Source of the DNA: Acidobacteriota bacterium
GTDB taxonomy: Bacteria > Acidobacteriota > UBA6911
DNA length: 64,000 nt
Direction: 5' to 3'
Assembly: GCA_012719355.1 (NCBI GenBank)
Contig: JAAYAM010000018.1
Span: 35,758 to 99,757 of the forward strand
The position numbers and the translations under genes were made by a program. Of this stretch, positions 20,040 to 31,130 are shown piece by piece. The notes below the pieces were generated by a model, which made no database searches, was not told the DNA's origin, and saw only the letters and a program-made list of their open reading frames with translations. Positions within the stretch are counted from its first letter, which is position 1. Each line of letters opens with the position of its first letter.

Positions 20040-21952
20040 TGGAACTGAACTCCAGGATACCGGCGGGACCTCTCGTGGAGAAGTGGGATTCCCACAGATT
20101 CAATCTGAAGCTGGTGAATCCGGCCAACAGGCGCAAGTATCACATTGTGGTTGTCGGAACGGGGCTTGCAGGGGCCTCGGCCGCTGCGACGCTGGCGGAA
20201 CTGGGCTACCGAGTGACCTCACTCTGCTATCACGAGTCTCCCCGCAGAGCGCACAGCATCGCGGCCCAGGGAGGGATCAACGCTCCGAAGAATTACGCAA
20301 ACGACGGCGACAGCATCTATCGCCTGTTCTACGATACGATCAAGGGCGGAGACTACAGATCACGCGAAGCGAACGTTTACCGGCTCGCGCAGGTCAGCAA
20401 CAACATCATCGACCAGTGTGTGGCACAGGGAGTTCCTCTTGCCCGCGACTACGGCGGACTGCTCGATACCCGCTCATTCGGGGGAGCCCAGGTATCGCGC
20501 ACGTTCTATGCGCAGGGACAGACCGGACAGCAGCTTCTGCTTGGAGCCTATCAGGCTCTTTCACGCCAAATAGGGATGGGGAATATCGTCTTCTATCCCC
20601 GCAGGGAAATGCTCGATCTTGTTGTCATTGACGGACAGGCGCGCGGTATCGTGGTCCGTAACATGATCAACGGCCAGATCGAATCGATCGCCTGCGATGC
20701 CGTGATCCTTGCGACGGGCGGATATGCGAATGTCTTCTTCCTGTCCACCAACGCAAGAATGTCCAACGCCACTGCCATTTGGCGGGCATACAAGAGAGGC
20801 GCCTGTTTCGCTAACCCCTGTTTCACCCAGATCCATCCGACGTGCATCCCGGTTTCAAGCGAGCATCAGTCGAAGCTGACGCTGATGAGCGAGAGCCTGC
20901 GTAATGACGGCCGCATCTGGGTCCCGATGATAAAGGGAGACAAGAGGGACCCGAACCTGATACCGGAGGTTGAACGGGACTACTACCTGGAAAGAATCTA
21001 TCCCTCCTTCGGTAATCTGTCTCCTCGCGATGTCTCTTCGCGCCGGGCCAAGGAGGTATGCGATGCAGGTTTCGGCGTAGGCCCGACCGGCAAGGCTGTG
21101 TATCTCGACTTCAGGGACACCATTCAGCGGAACGGCAGGGAGTGGATAAAGGAAAAGTACGGAAACCTCTTTGACATGTACCGTCAGATCACCGGGGAAA
21201 ATGCGTATGAAACCCCGATGCGCATCTATCCTGCACTGCACTACACCATGGGAGGACTGTGGGTCGACTATAACCTGATGAGCACTATCCCCGGCCTCTT
21301 CGTCCTGGGAGAGGCAAATTTCTCCGATCACGGCGCGAACCGACTCGGAGCATCCGCCCTGATGCAGGGACTTGCCGACGGTTATTTCATAATCTCGTAC
21401 ACGATAGGCGATTACTTCGCGAGCAACAAATTCCACAAGGTGGACACCTCGCACGAAGCTTTCAGGACGGCGGAAAAGGAGCTCAAGTCCACAATCGACA
21501 GGCTTCTGGGCATTCGCGGGAAACGGGCGGTGGACGACATTCACAAAGATCTCGGGCATATCATGTGGGAATACTGCGGAATGGCACGTAACGCCGCAGG
21601 TTTGAAGAAGGCTCTTGAGGCAATCCCGTCTCTGGAGGAGGAGTTCTGGCGCAATGTGAGCGTCCCGGGGAGGACGGACGATCTCAACCAGGAACTGGAA
21701 AAGGCTCAGCGTCTGATTGATTTCCTTGAACTCGGCAAGCTGATCGCCGAAGACGCGCTGCACCGCGAGGAGTCCTGCGGCGGCCATTTCCGCGAAGAGC
21801 ACGAAACCGAAGACAACGAGGCGAAACGCGACGATGAGAACTTCAGCTACGTCGCGGCCTGGGAGTACCGGGGGCCGGGGAATCCGCCCAAACTGAACAA
21901 GGAATCACTCAATTTCGAATACCTGAAGCCTTCTCAGAGAAGCTACAAGTAA
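20039..21952 (+). CDS. sdhA: Succinate dehydrogenase/fumarate reductase flavoprotein subunit
   Basis: FAD-binding motif [13 protein letters not shown] and the covalent-FAD histidine context [12 protein letters not shown] are present, along with HYTMGG and RLGASAL. The ATG at 20039 overlaps the sdhC stop (TGATG). Confidence 0.95.
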   Translation: MELNSRIPAGPLVEKWDSHRFNLKLVNPANRRKYHIVVVGTGLAGASAAATLAELGYRVTSLCYHESPRRAHSIAAQGGINAPKNYANDGDSIYRLFYDTIKGGDYRSREANVYRLAQVSNNIIDQCVAQGVPLARDYGGLLDTRSFGGAQVSRTFYAQGQTGQQLLLGAYQALSRQIGMGNIVFYPRREMLDLVVIDGQARGIVVRNMINGQIESIACDAVILATGGYANVFFLSTNARMSNATAIWRAYKRGACFANPCFTQIHPTCIPVSSEHQSKLTLMSESLRNDGRIWVPMIKGDKRDPNLIPEVERDYYLERIYPSFGNLSPRDVSSRRAKEVCDAGFGVGPTGKAVYLDFRDTIQRNGREWIKEKYGNLFDMYRQITGENAYETPMRIYPALHYTMGGLWVDYNLMSTIPGLFVLGEANFSDHGANRLGASALMQGLADGYFIISYTIGDYFASNKFHKVDTSHEAFRTAEKELKSTIDRLLGIRGKRAVDDIHKDLGHIMWEYCGMARNAAGLKKALEAIPSLEEEFWRNVSVPGRTDDLNQELEKAQRLIDFLELGKLIAEDALHREESCGGHFREEHETEDNEAKRDDENFSYVAAWEYRGPGNPPKLNKESLNFEYLKPSQRSYK

Positions 21953-21962
21953 GGGTCGCTTT

Positions 21963-22703
21963 ATGCATATCACTCTCAGGATCTGGCGTCAGACAAACCC
22001 GGCGGGTCCCGGCAGGCTGGTTACCTATGAACTCTCCGATGTCACCGAAGATATGTCCCTCCTCGAAGTCCTCGACCTGCTGAACCTTCAACTTGCACGA
22101 AACGGGGAGGAGCCGATCGCGTTCGACAGCGACTGCCGTGAAGGGATTTGCGGCTCCTGCGGCCTTCAGATCAACGGCAGGCCGCATGGTCCGCTCAAGG
22201 GAGTCGCCAGCTGCCAGATACACATGCGGACCTTCAAGGAGAACGATACGATAACGATAGAGCCTTTCCGGGCTAAGGCCTTCCCGGTCGTTAAAGATCT
22301 CGTAATCGACCGCACAGCCTTCGACCGCATCATCCAGGCCGGCGGGTTTATTTCGGTCAACACGGGAGGGGCTCCCGATGCCAACGCGATCCCTATTCCG
22401 AAGAACACCGTCGATGCCGCCTTCGAAGCCGCCGCCTGCATCAGCTGCGGGGCCTGTGTGGCCGCATGTAAGAACGCTTCCGCCATGCTCTTCGTTGCAG
22501 CCAAAGTTGCACATCTCGGGCGGCTGCCGCAGGGAGAAGTGGAGCGAAAGGAGCGCTGCCTGTCAATGGTCGCCCAGATGGATGCGGAAAAATTCGGTGC
22601 CTGCTCAAATACATACGCCTGCGAAGCCGAGTGCCCGAAGGAGATCTCCGTTGACAATATCGCTTTCCTGAATCGGGAACTGCTTCGCGCAAAGGTATTC
22701 TAG
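21963..22703 (+). CDS. sdhB: Succinate dehydrogenase/fumarate reductase iron-sulfur subunit
   Basis: Three Cys clusters are present: [10 protein letters not shown] (2Fe-2S), [11 protein letters not shown] (4Fe-4S) and CEAECPKEI (3Fe-4S). Confidence 0.95.
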   Translation: MHITLRIWRQTNPAGPGRLVTYELSDVTEDMSLLEVLDLLNLQLARNGEEPIAFDSDCREGICGSCGLQINGRPHGPLKGVASCQIHMRTFKENDTITIEPFRAKAFPVVKDLVIDRTAFDRIIQAGGFISVNTGGAPDANAIPIPKNTVDAAFEAAACISCGACVAACKNASAMLFVAAKVAHLGRLPQGEVERKERCLSMVAQMDAEKFGACSNTYACEAECPKEISVDNIAFLNRELLRAKVF

Positions 22704-22791
22704 ACCCGTCCTCTACTTTCCGGCCTCAGACCCAGTTTTGGGTTGAAAAGAAAGACAGCAACGCGCAACCTGTCGATTCAGGGAATCCGAT

Positions 22792-23271
22792 ATGTCACGA
22801 CTTAGTGCAGGACTGATGATGTACCGTGTTCGCGAGGGAGATCTCCAGGTTTTCCTGGCGCATCCCGGCGGACCGCTTTACGCAAAGAAAGACGAAGGAG
22901 TCTGGACCATTCCCAAAGGAGAGCCTCCTGAAGGGGAAGCACTTCTCAATACCGCGATTCGTGAGTTCGAGGAGGAAACCGGCATAACGCCGCACGGTCC
23001 CTTTTTTGAGCTTGGTTGCATCAGGCAAAAAGGCGGTAAAATTGTTTATGCATGGGCATTTGAAGGGGACCACGGATCCGAGCCCATACGTAGCAATGAG
23101 TTTACAATGGAGTGGCCTCCAGGTTCTGGAAAGAAGCAGAGTTTTCCCGAAGTGGACAAGGGCGCGTTCTTTTCGCCGGCAGACGCGAAAAGGAAGCTGA
23201 GGGAATCGCAGTGGCCTCTGATCGAACGGCTGATGAAGTTGATAGAAGAGGGGGACGCGAGACGGGACTGA
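22792..23271 (+). CDS. NUDIX hydrolase
   Basis: NUDIX box GEPPEGEALLNTAIREFEEETGI. Confidence 0.85.
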   Translation: MSRLSAGLMMYRVREGDLQVFLAHPGGPLYAKKDEGVWTIPKGEPPEGEALLNTAIREFEEETGITPHGPFFELGCIRQKGGKIVYAWAFEGDHGSEPIRSNEFTMEWPPGSGKKQSFPEVDKGAFFSPADAKRKLRESQWPLIERLMKLIEEGDARRD

Positions 23272-23274
23272 ATT

Positions 23275-24552
23275 ATGCGGGTACTGCTTGTATCAGGCAA
23301 TAGGGAGGACATTCAGATACGGGTGCCGGCGCTGGGTCTGGCATGTATCGCGACGGCCACGGAACGTGCGGGACACGACGTACGGATGCTTGACCTGATG
23401 GCTGCCACGGATCCGCAATCTTCTGTGATTCAGGCAATCGAAGACTTTAATCCACAGATCATCGGGGTGTCGGTACGAAATATCGACGACCAGCGCATGT
23501 CCGGCACCAGATTCCTCCTCGAGCAGGCGCGCGAGACGGTGGCATGGTGCAGGAAGGCCTCGGGATCTCCCATCGTATTGGGGGGAGCGGGGTTCAGCAT
23601 ACTCCCGGGACCTGTTCTCGATTACGTCGATGCGGATATGGGTGTCCAGGGGGAAGGAGAGGTCGTTTTCCCCGAACTGTTGCGACGCCTGGAAGAAGCC
23701 GGAGTATCCCTGAACGGACTCCCGAATTTTTACGAAAGAGGGAGGGCTTCGACTCCCCGCCGGTCTTTCCCGAAAGATCTCGATGCATTGCCGCTGCCGG
23801 ATCCTTCACTTTTGGCCGCTGCCCTTGCCGGAGCTCATGACGCCCCTGTCCCGGTTCAGACCAGGCGGGGATGTCCCCTCTCGTGCAGCTACTGCTCAAC
23901 TCCGACCATAGAAGGAAAATCGGTGCGGCGCCGTTCTCCCGAGACTGTCGTGGCCTGGATGAGCCGATGGGTGGAGGAGGGATTCAGGGATTTCTATTTT
24001 GTGGACAATACATTCAATCTCCCACCCTCCTACTCGGCATCGCTCTGCTCCAAAATCGCCGCGTCGGGCATGGACATATCGTGGAGATGCATCCTTTTCC
24101 CGGGCGGAATTGACGGCAGACTGATCGAAATGCTTGCGCAGGCCGGGTGCAAGGAAGTCAGTCTTGGTTTCGAGAGTGGTTCGACCCGGATGCTCAACGG
24201 CATGAAGAAGTCGTACACGCTGCAGGAGGTGCGTAACGCCGCCGATCTGCTGCGCAGGAACCATATACGGGCTATGGGGTTCCTCCTCCTCGGAGGTCCG
24301 GGAGAAACCAGGGAGTCGGTCCGGGAGAGCCTTGCTTTTGCCGAGTCGCTCGACCTCGATTCGCTAAAGATCACCATCGGGGTGCGGATCTATCCGCATA
24401 CGGAAGTCGCTCTTCAGGCGGCCAGGGAAGGACTGATCACCGGAGAGCAAGATCTTCTGTTCCCAAGATTTTATGTGGCAAAGGGCCTTGAAAACTGGCT
24501 TCAAGAGACTGTATTAAATTGTTTGTCCAATAAAGATAATTGGACTGTGTAA
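23275..24552 (+). CDS. B12-binding-domain radical SAM protein
   Basis: The N-terminus is B12-binding-like (MRVLLVSGN...LGLACIATATERAGHDVRMLDL...IGVSVRN). The radical SAM cluster motif is CPLSCSYCS. Confidence 0.85.
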   Translation: MRVLLVSGNREDIQIRVPALGLACIATATERAGHDVRMLDLMAATDPQSSVIQAIEDFNPQIIGVSVRNIDDQRMSGTRFLLEQARETVAWCRKASGSPIVLGGAGFSILPGPVLDYVDADMGVQGEGEVVFPELLRRLEEAGVSLNGLPNFYERGRASTPRRSFPKDLDALPLPDPSLLAAALAGAHDAPVPVQTRRGCPLSCSYCSTPTIEGKSVRRRSPETVVAWMSRWVEEGFRDFYFVDNTFNLPPSYSASLCSKIAASGMDISWRCILFPGGIDGRLIEMLAQAGCKEVSLGFESGSTRMLNGMKKSYTLQEVRNAADLLRRNHIRAMGFLLLGGPGETRESVRESLAFAESLDLDSLKITIGVRIYPHTEVALQAAREGLITGEQDLLFPRFYVAKGLENWLQETVLNCLSNKDNWTV

Positions 24553-24716
24553 GCGATCCGGCATTCCACGAGGATGCGACTGTGCGAGACGTTGACTGTT
24601 GACCGGGCCACGATGCCGGCTTGGAAATCGAACTTCGCGGCAGTTGCCGATAGATCCCTCCCCCCTCCTATCTGCAATTCGTGTGAGGATAAGTTTCACA
24701 ACTCTGAGGGATAAGT

Positions 24717-26342
24717 ATGACGAAAAGTAATTCCCTGTCACAGGGCCATATTCTTGCACTCATGCAGGCGGACGACGGTATTCGGCTCAATACCATTCTG
24801 AAAGAAGAAGGCACGGAGGTCGTGAAATGTGAGGACATTCGCGATCTGTGCACGAGAATCAGCGACCGGACTGATGCGGCAGTGATAAGCGCAGCACTCC
24901 TTTCGGACCCGGCTGTTGATGCTGCGCGCAGTGCGCTGGAGGCGCAGCCGGAATGGTCGGACCTGCCGATTATCATCGCAGCCGAAGGGGGGCCCGACTC
25001 TCCCGTCTCGGCGCGGGCGGCAGAGGCTTTGGGTAATGTTCTTGTCGTGGATTCTCCTTTGAAAGCGTCGGAGGTGAAAAACGCCCTCCGCGGCGCATTC
25101 AGAACCAGGGAGACGCAACGACGGACGCGGGATTTGGCCGGAGAATGCGAGCGCATCGGCCGAGCCCTGCACGATTCCCGTGCTCAGATGGAAAGAGCTG
25201 TGCAGGAGCGCACCAGAGACCTTGCTGAGAGAGCTTCGCAGCTGCGCAGCCTGACCGGCGAGCTCATTCTGAGCGAGCAGAAAGAACGTCGGCGCATGGC
25301 TAAAATTTTGCACGACAACCTGCAACAGATTCTGGTCAGCATCAAATTCCGGATCGGGTCGGTGAGACGGATTGACGATCCTGAAATCAAGGTGGCGATA
25401 CAGGAGACGGAGGAACTGACAAACGAGGCGATCGCCGCGACCAGGTCCGTGACTGCGGAATTGATCCCACCGGTAGTGCATGAAGGCAGCCTGCGGACTG
25501 CCATGGAATGGCTGGTCAGCTACATGGCGGCCCAGAACGGACTCGAAATCGAACTGAAGCTCAAGGAGGATTTTGAGCGGCTCGACAGGAATACCAGGAT
25601 TTTCATGTTCGAATCGGCGCGGGAATTGTTGATGAATGTCGTCAAGCATGCCCGAACGACGTCGGCTGTGCTCGAGGTCAACCGTGCCGGGAGGGAGCAA
25701 CTGCAACTACAGGTCAAGGACAAGGGCGCAGGATTTGATCCCGCTGCGATCGAAGAAAAATCGGGTGTGGGATTGTTGAGGATCCGCGAACGCCTGCGCC
25801 TCATAGGCGGCCGGCTCCAGATAGACAGCACCCCAGGCAAAGGATCGCGGATATCAATTGTGATACCGATGGAGGAGCCTGTCCGGATCGTCACCGCCCC
25901 GGTCGAGAAGGCGGTCGAGACACCGATCGAAAAGAAAAAGCCTTTTAGTGGTATGATCAGGATCCTGATAGCCGATGACCACGCCGTTATGCGTCAAGGG
26001 CTTTCTTCCTCATTAAAGCAGGAACCTGACATCGTTATCGTAGGGGAGGCGGATAACGGGAAGATGGCCTTGGACAAGACCAGAAGTTTGAACCCTGATG
26101 TAGTCTTGATGGATTTGGGGATGCCCAAGATGAGCGGCATCGAAGCGACTCGCGTCATACATTCCGAGATGCCGAACGTGCGGATAATCGGCTTGTCGAT
26201 GTTCGAAGAAAAAGAACGCGCCGGCGCGATGTTCGAGGCCGGCGCAGTGGATTATCTCAGCAAGACCTGTTCCGTGGATGCGCTGACCACTGCCATACGC
26301 CGGTGCATCGGGAAACCCGAAGTACCGGTCGGAAGAAGCTGA
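24717..26342 (+). CDS. Hybrid sensor histidine kinase (pseudo-receiver, HisKA_3, HATPase, C-terminal NarL-type receiver)
   Basis: The HisKA_3 H-box is ERRRMAKILHDNLQQILVSIKF. HATPase motifs are LLMNVVKHA, DKGAGFD and GVGLLRIRERL. The C-terminal REC is IRILIADDHAVMRQG...DVVLMDLGMPKMSG. Confidence 0.85.
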   Translation: MTKSNSLSQGHILALMQADDGIRLNTILKEEGTEVVKCEDIRDLCTRISDRTDAAVISAALLSDPAVDAARSALEAQPEWSDLPIIIAAEGGPDSPVSARAAEALGNVLVVDSPLKASEVKNALRGAFRTRETQRRTRDLAGECERIGRALHDSRAQMERAVQERTRDLAERASQLRSLTGELILSEQKERRRMAKILHDNLQQILVSIKFRIGSVRRIDDPEIKVAIQETEELTNEAIAATRSVTAELIPPVVHEGSLRTAMEWLVSYMAAQNGLEIELKLKEDFERLDRNTRIFMFESARELLMNVVKHARTTSAVLEVNRAGREQLQLQVKDKGAGFDPAAIEEKSGVGLLRIRERLRLIGGRLQIDSTPGKGSRISIVIPMEEPVRIVTAPVEKAVETPIEKKKPFSGMIRILIADDHAVMRQGLSSSLKQEPDIVIVGEADNGKMALDKTRSLNPDVVLMDLGMPKMSGIEATRVIHSEMPNVRIIGLSMFEEKERAGAMFEAGAVDYLSKTCSVDALTTAIRRCIGKPEVPVGRS

Positions 26343-26404
26343 CCTGAAAGGACGCCAATGGACATGCCGGACACGAACACCGGGTTCATTCGCAGGGGAA
26401 ATCT

Positions 26405-26800
26405 ATGACCAGAGTTGTGCTCGCGGACGATCACAGGATGCTTCGCAGCATCCTCAAAGGTTTTCTTGAGTCTGAGCCTGAAATCGAGGTGGTAGCTGAA
26501 GCCGAAGACGGGCTGCAGGCACTGCAGGCGGCTGCTGAATTCAAGCCGGACGTTGTTATCAGCGATCTGAGGATGGAAAAGATGGACGGTCTGGAGCTGG
26601 CGAGAGAGATCCAGGAGACTCTGCCGGCAACCAGGGTCATCATCCTCAGCATGCATAATGACCCTGCTGTCATATCGCAGGCTATGGAGGCAGGGGCCTC
26701 CGGGTACGTTTTGAAAGGCACTGATCTGGGAGATCTCCTCAGAGCGATCGAGCAGGTATCGTCGGGACAGCGGTACCTGAGCCCTGCTCTGAGTGTGTGA
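26405..26800 (+). CDS. Receiver-only response regulator (NarL-type REC ending at the linker, no HTH)
   Basis: RVVLADDHRMLRS...DVVISDLRMEKMDG...GYVLKG...GQRYLSPALSV*. It stops where NarL-family proteins normally continue into the LuxR HTH. Confidence 0.85.
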   Translation: MTRVVLADDHRMLRSILKGFLESEPEIEVVAEAEDGLQALQAAAEFKPDVVISDLRMEKMDGLELAREIQETLPATRVIILSMHNDPAVISQAMEAGASGYVLKGTDLGDLLRAIEQVSSGQRYLSPALSV

Positions 26801-26818
26801 AGAACTGCAGCTCTCGTA

Positions 26819-29800
26819 TTATCCGTGCTTCAGAAACACGAAGGGCCGGCTATCGAGCAGGCGGTCAAGAACCGGGTGCTCATCTGTTTCAACCTGACCC
26901 AGGATCCGGGTTTGGCCGTTTTCGATAGCGGCCACCGGGACCCCATCACGATAGACAATCCGATTACCGAGAATCGCGGCTATCCGGTCGCCCGGCAGCA
27001 GGATGCCGACCAGATTGAGAGGGTCGCATGCGGAAACCCTCATGTACTCCCGCGCAGGCTCTTTGCGGCGCATTGCTCTGAGTGCGTCGACGGCTTCCGG
27101 GAGCGCAAACTGCTCGCCGTTGAGTCCGGCGATGAAGCGTCCGCCCCGAATTTCGCCTCTCGCCTCCAGGCGGCGCAGAACCCGGATCAGGTCTCTCCAG
27201 GGAGGCGCCGAAGATTCCCTTGCGAGCAATTCCCTGCAGAAAACGCCATACCGCCTCAGATACTGCAATGCCCACGACTCGGCTTTATTCTCCGGCGCGG
27301 TCCCTCCGTTCTGTAGAAGCGACCATCTTCCCTCTCGCGTACGTCTGGGTTGCCTCCTGCGACGCCTGGAATGCTCCTGTCTCTTTGTCTCGCCGGTGAC
27401 CAGTGAGCGGAGCGCGGCAAAGGAATCTGCGGTCACGAGCCCGGCGGCCACCAGCTGCCAGAGGGCTTCTTCGATCTCAGAAGGTAGATGCCGGATTCCC
27501 GCCATGATCTCCGGAAAGAAGGAGGCTCCGCGTCGCCGAAGAAAGTCAAGAACGCTTCTGGCCGGCACCGAGAGGGCGGTCTCATCGGCCGGAGTCTCGT
27601 CGAGCAGCCAGTGTATGTCGTCCCGTATTCCGAGACCGAGTGGAGCCGTCCGGGTCAACCCGGGCCTTCGTGAAGGGACTTCAGCCTGCGTGGCGCGCCG
27701 CCGCCACCTGCCCCAAACGACATCTCCGCCGAGGCAAAGGCTGTCGAGAAGCGCGGGCCGGTAATCCCTGATACGCGCCTGGAGAATTTCAGCCTCCCAG
27801 GCAGCGGCCGCAGTCTCAAATCCCTGCAGTTGGTCAATTACCTCAAGAAGGCCGAGTTCTCCCTCGAGCTGTGTCCCCGGAGCAAGGTGCTGCCAGCTGA
27901 AAAGAAACCTGAGGAAAAGCGCGGGAGCCACGGGTTCGATCTCGCGGCGAAGATGTGCGATGGTGGCTCGGTGAATCCTGGCCAGAATTCGCCTGTCACA
28001 GAACTCAGTTTCGCCTTTTTCCGAAAACGACCCCTGCAACACCAGTCCTTCCCCTTCGAGCGCAGTCAGGACGGTGAGCACATCATCTTCGTCGAACCCA
28101 AGCAGTGAGGAGACTTCCGACGGGGTGACAGGACCACTCACTTCGACCCATCCCCTGACGGCCCTGACCATGCAATCGCCATCTGAAACCTCTTTCATTT
28201 CTGATGCGGCCCAGTAGCGGCGGCCATTCTGCTCACGGACATACGCCAGTCCCTCAGAGATGAGCTGGTCCATCCATGAAGAAGCCTGTTCGGGCAGCCG
28301 TTTCGTTTCGGTCTCCGGAAGCAGGATCAATCCGAGCAATGCGTCGTGCAGTTCGTCGCCATCACGTATAACGGGCCACGTGTCCTCTGCTGCACTGCGG
28401 ATCGCATCCGGATCCAGCCTGCCCAATTCGTCCGCCCTTTCAGGAAGCGCTCTGCGCAGAACAACGGCCCGTGCCCGCCTCTCTTCAAGAGGGGCATCAT
28501 CGAGAAACGCATAAGGCATCGCATTCAGGATCTCGTGTGAAAATGCCGACGGCATGGGAGTGTCTTTGGCGGAAAACCGGATAAGGCCGCGTTCTATGCA
28601 CTGCAGCACGCGGCGCAAACCGTCAACATCCATGGCTTCGTGCAGGCAGTCCCTCAGGGTTTCAAACACCAGGGGGTGGTCGGGCACCTCGACATCGAGC
28701 GTCATCCGGTTATCCTGGCACTGCGCCTGAGCCGGAAATACCGCGGCCAGCATATCGTCCGAACGCATTCGCTGCACGGGAGCCGGAATTCGCTTCCCGC
28801 CGGAAAAGCGCAGAAGGGCGAGTGAACGGGTGAGGGTCCAACGCCATCTGGTGACGAACACCGGCGACGCCAATACCGCCTGGGTGAGGACCTCATCGAG
28901 CTTCTGCGGCCGTAGAAACAGCAGAAGGTCGTTCAGAGGAAATGAATGCTGGGGTCCAAGCGAGAGATTGATGCCGTCATCGGTGGCGGAAGCCTGCAGT
29001 TCGAAATCGAAACTGCGACAGAAACGCTTGCGCAGTGCAAGTCCCCACGCCTTATTGATTCTTGCGCCGAAAGGCGCGTGCAGTACAAGCTGCATGCCGC
29101 CTGTTTCATCGAAAAAACGCTCCGCGACAATATGGGTATCGGAGGGAACGGCCCCGAGGACGCGCTTCCCTTCCGCAACGTACTCGTATGCCTGCTCGGC
29201 TGCCGCTTGCGAGAGGCCCGGCTCCTTCATCAGCCACTGCAGGCATTCTCTTCGGTCAGCGATTCTTTCTTCGATTCCCTCCCGTACTTCCGAGACCAGC
29301 TTCGACAGTTCGGTTGTTCTGCCTGGCGCTTCACCAAGCCAGAAAGGAACATTCGGCGCCTGGCCGTGAGCATCCTCAACCCGCACCTTTCCCTTCTCGA
29401 TGCGCCGTATCCGCCACGACGAGTTGCCCAGCAGGAATACATCCCCGGCGAGACTCTCGACCGCGAAATCCTCATTCACGCTCCCGACATATGTGCCCTC
29501 CGGCTCGGCGATCACGTCGTAATCGGCATTGTCCGGAATGGCACCGCCGCTTGTTATCGCGGCAAGCCTCGCACCACGGCGGCCGCGCAGCACCTTGTGA
29601 ACCCTGTCGTGGTGCAGATATGCGGATCTTCGGCCCAGGCGTGCCGAAATCCCTTCGGAGAGCATCCGCACCACCGCATCGAACGCTTCGCGCGGGAGGT
29701 CGCGGTATGGATATGCGCCGCGGACAACCTCAAACAGCTCGTCAACACTCCACTCCTGCGCAGCGCACATGGCCACGAGCTGCTGAGAAAGGATGTCGAG

Positions 29801-31036
29801 AGGCCATGGTGGAATACTGAGCCGATCCAGTTCCCCTTTTCGAACCGCGTAAATCAGTCCTGCGCACTCGACGAGTTCGTCTCTCGTGAGAGGAAAAACG
29901 CGTCCCACGGGAAGCCCGCCCTGGCTGTGTCCCGATCTCCCGACCCGCTGCAGCAGGACGCCGATCGAACGCGGCGACCCGATCTGGCAGACAAGGTCTA
30001 CGGCCCCGATATCTATCCCCAGCTCGAGCGAAGAAGTCGCCACGCAAACCTGCACTTCGCCGTTCTTGAGCCGCTGTTCGGCTTTCAGTCTCGTCTTGCG
30101 CGAGAGGCTCCCGTGATGAGCCACGATGTTTTCCTCGCCGATCTTCTGTGACAGCAGGTGTGCCACGCGCTCGACCAGTCGACGGGTATTGACGAAGAGA
30201 ATCGTCGTCCTGTGGGCGCTTGTCAGGGCGGCAATGCGCGAAATCGTCTCATCCCAGAGCTCGTGTGTGGCAATCGGCCCCAGCTCAGCATCGGGCATCT
30301 CAATCTGAAGGTCCATCTCGCGCTGGTGCCCGATGTTGACAATCGCGCAGTCAGGATTTCCCGCGGAATCGAGTCCTCGGCTGCCGGAGAGGAACCGGGC
30401 CGCTTCTTCGACAGGACGCAATGTGGCACTCAGCCCTATCCGGGTGACCTGCTCGCCGGCCAGTGCGCACAGCCGTTGCATCGAGATGGAAAGATGGGAA
30501 CCTCGTTTGCTGCCGGCAATCGAATGTATTTCGTCCAGAATGACGGTGCGCACGCCCGCAAGACCGCGCCTGCCGCTCTCGGATGTAAGGAGAATATAGA
30601 GCGATTCCGGAGTCGTGATCCAGATATGGGGCGGCTTACGCGCAGTGGATTGACGCTCATTTGCCGGAGTATCGCCCGTACGCAACGCCACCCGGAGCGG
30701 CGTCGGCACCAGCCCCTTCGCCTTCGCCAGTTCCATGATCTCCTGGAGTGGAATCGAAAGGTTGCGGTGCACATCATTAGAGAGCGCTTTCAGCGGCGAG
30801 ACGTATACCACATGAGCCGAGTCACCCAGCGACCCGTCGATTGCGGCACGCAGCAACCTGTCTATGCACAACAGAAAGGCGGCAAGCGTTTTTCCTGATC
30901 CGGTGGGCGCGCAGATAAGGGTGCGTCGATTCCGCGCAATCGCGGGCCAGCCGAGCGCCTGCGCCTCGGTCGGCGCAGTGAACCTGCGCTCAAACCACTC
31001 TGCTACAATCGGGTGAAACAGGGATAGCGGACTCAT
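26819..31036 (-). CDS. lhr: Lhr-like large ATP-dependent DEAD/DEAH-box helicase
   Basis: The N-terminus is FHPIVAEWFERRFTAPTEAQALGWPAI. Walker A is APTGSGKT and the DEIH box is VILDEIHS, with a helicase C domain and a long Lhr-type C-terminal region. The track ORF start (31132) overlaps the divergent cobB ATG, so I prefer the ATG at 31036 (MSPLSLFHP...). Confidence 0.9.
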   Translation of the reverse strand: MSPLSLFHPIVAEWFERRFTAPTEAQALGWPAIARNRRTLICAPTGSGKTLAAFLLCIDRLLRAAIDGSLGDSAHVVYVSPLKALSNDVHRNLSIPLQEIMELAKAKGLVPTPLRVALRTGDTPANERQSTARKPPHIWITTPESLYILLTSESGRRGLAGVRTVILDEIHSIAGSKRGSHLSISMQRLCALAGEQVTRIGLSATLRPVEEAARFLSGSRGLDSAGNPDCAIVNIGHQREMDLQIEMPDAELGPIATHELWDETISRIAALTSAHRTTILFVNTRRLVERVAHLLSQKIGEENIVAHHGSLSRKTRLKAEQRLKNGEVQVCVATSSLELGIDIGAVDLVCQIGSPRSIGVLLQRVGRSGHSQGGLPVGRVFPLTRDELVECAGLIYAVRKGELDRLSIPPWPLDILSQQLVAMCAAQEWSVDELFEVVRGAYPYRDLPREAFDAVVRMLSEGISARLGRRSAYLHHDRVHKVLRGRRGARLAAITSGGAIPDNADYDVIAEPEGTYVGSVNEDFAVESLAGDVFLLGNSSWRIRRIEKGKVRVEDAHGQAPNVPFWLGEAPGRTTELSKLVSEVREGIEERIADRRECLQWLMKEPGLSQAAAEQAYEYVAEGKRVLGAVPSDTHIVAERFFDETGGMQLVLHAPFGARINKAWGLALRKRFCRSFDFELQASATDDGINLSLGPQHSFPLNDLLLFLRPQKLDEVLTQAVLASPVFVTRWRWTLTRSLALLRFSGGKRIPAPVQRMRSDDMLAAVFPAQAQCQDNRMTLDVEVPDHPLVFETLRDCLHEAMDVDGLRRVLQCIERGLIRFSAKDTPMPSAFSHEILNAMPYAFLDDAPLEERRARAVVLRRALPERADELGRLDPDAIRSAAEDTWPVIRDGDELHDALLGLILLPETETKRLPEQASSWMDQLISEGLAYVREQNGRRYWAASEMKEVSDGDCMVRAVRGWVEVSGPVTPSEVSSLLGFDEDDVLTVLTALEGEGLVLQGSFSEKGETEFCDRRILARIHRATIAHLRREIEPVAPALFLRFLFSWQHLAPGTQLEGELGLLEVIDQLQGFETAAAAWEAEILQARIRDYRPALLDSLCLGGDVVWGRWRRRATQAEVPSRRPGLTRTAPLGLGIRDDIHWLLDETPADETALSVPARSVLDFLRRRGASFFPEIMAGIRHLPSEIEEALWQLVAAGLVTADSFAALRSLVTGETKRQEHSRRRRRQPRRTREGRWSLLQNGGTAPENKAESWALQYLRRYGVFCRELLARESSAPPWRDLIRVLRRLEARGEIRGGRFIAGLNGEQFALPEAVDALRAMRRKEPAREYMRVSACDPLNLVGILLPGDRIAAILGNRIVYRDGVPVAAIENGQTRILGQVETDEHPVLDRLLDSRPFVFLKHG

Positions 31037-31130
31037 CGATCGAAATATAGACCATGAGACGGGCAAAGACAAAAAGCCGAAGCCAAAAGCCGGGCCCCCG
31101 ACGACGGAAAGTTCATGATATAACTCTGTC

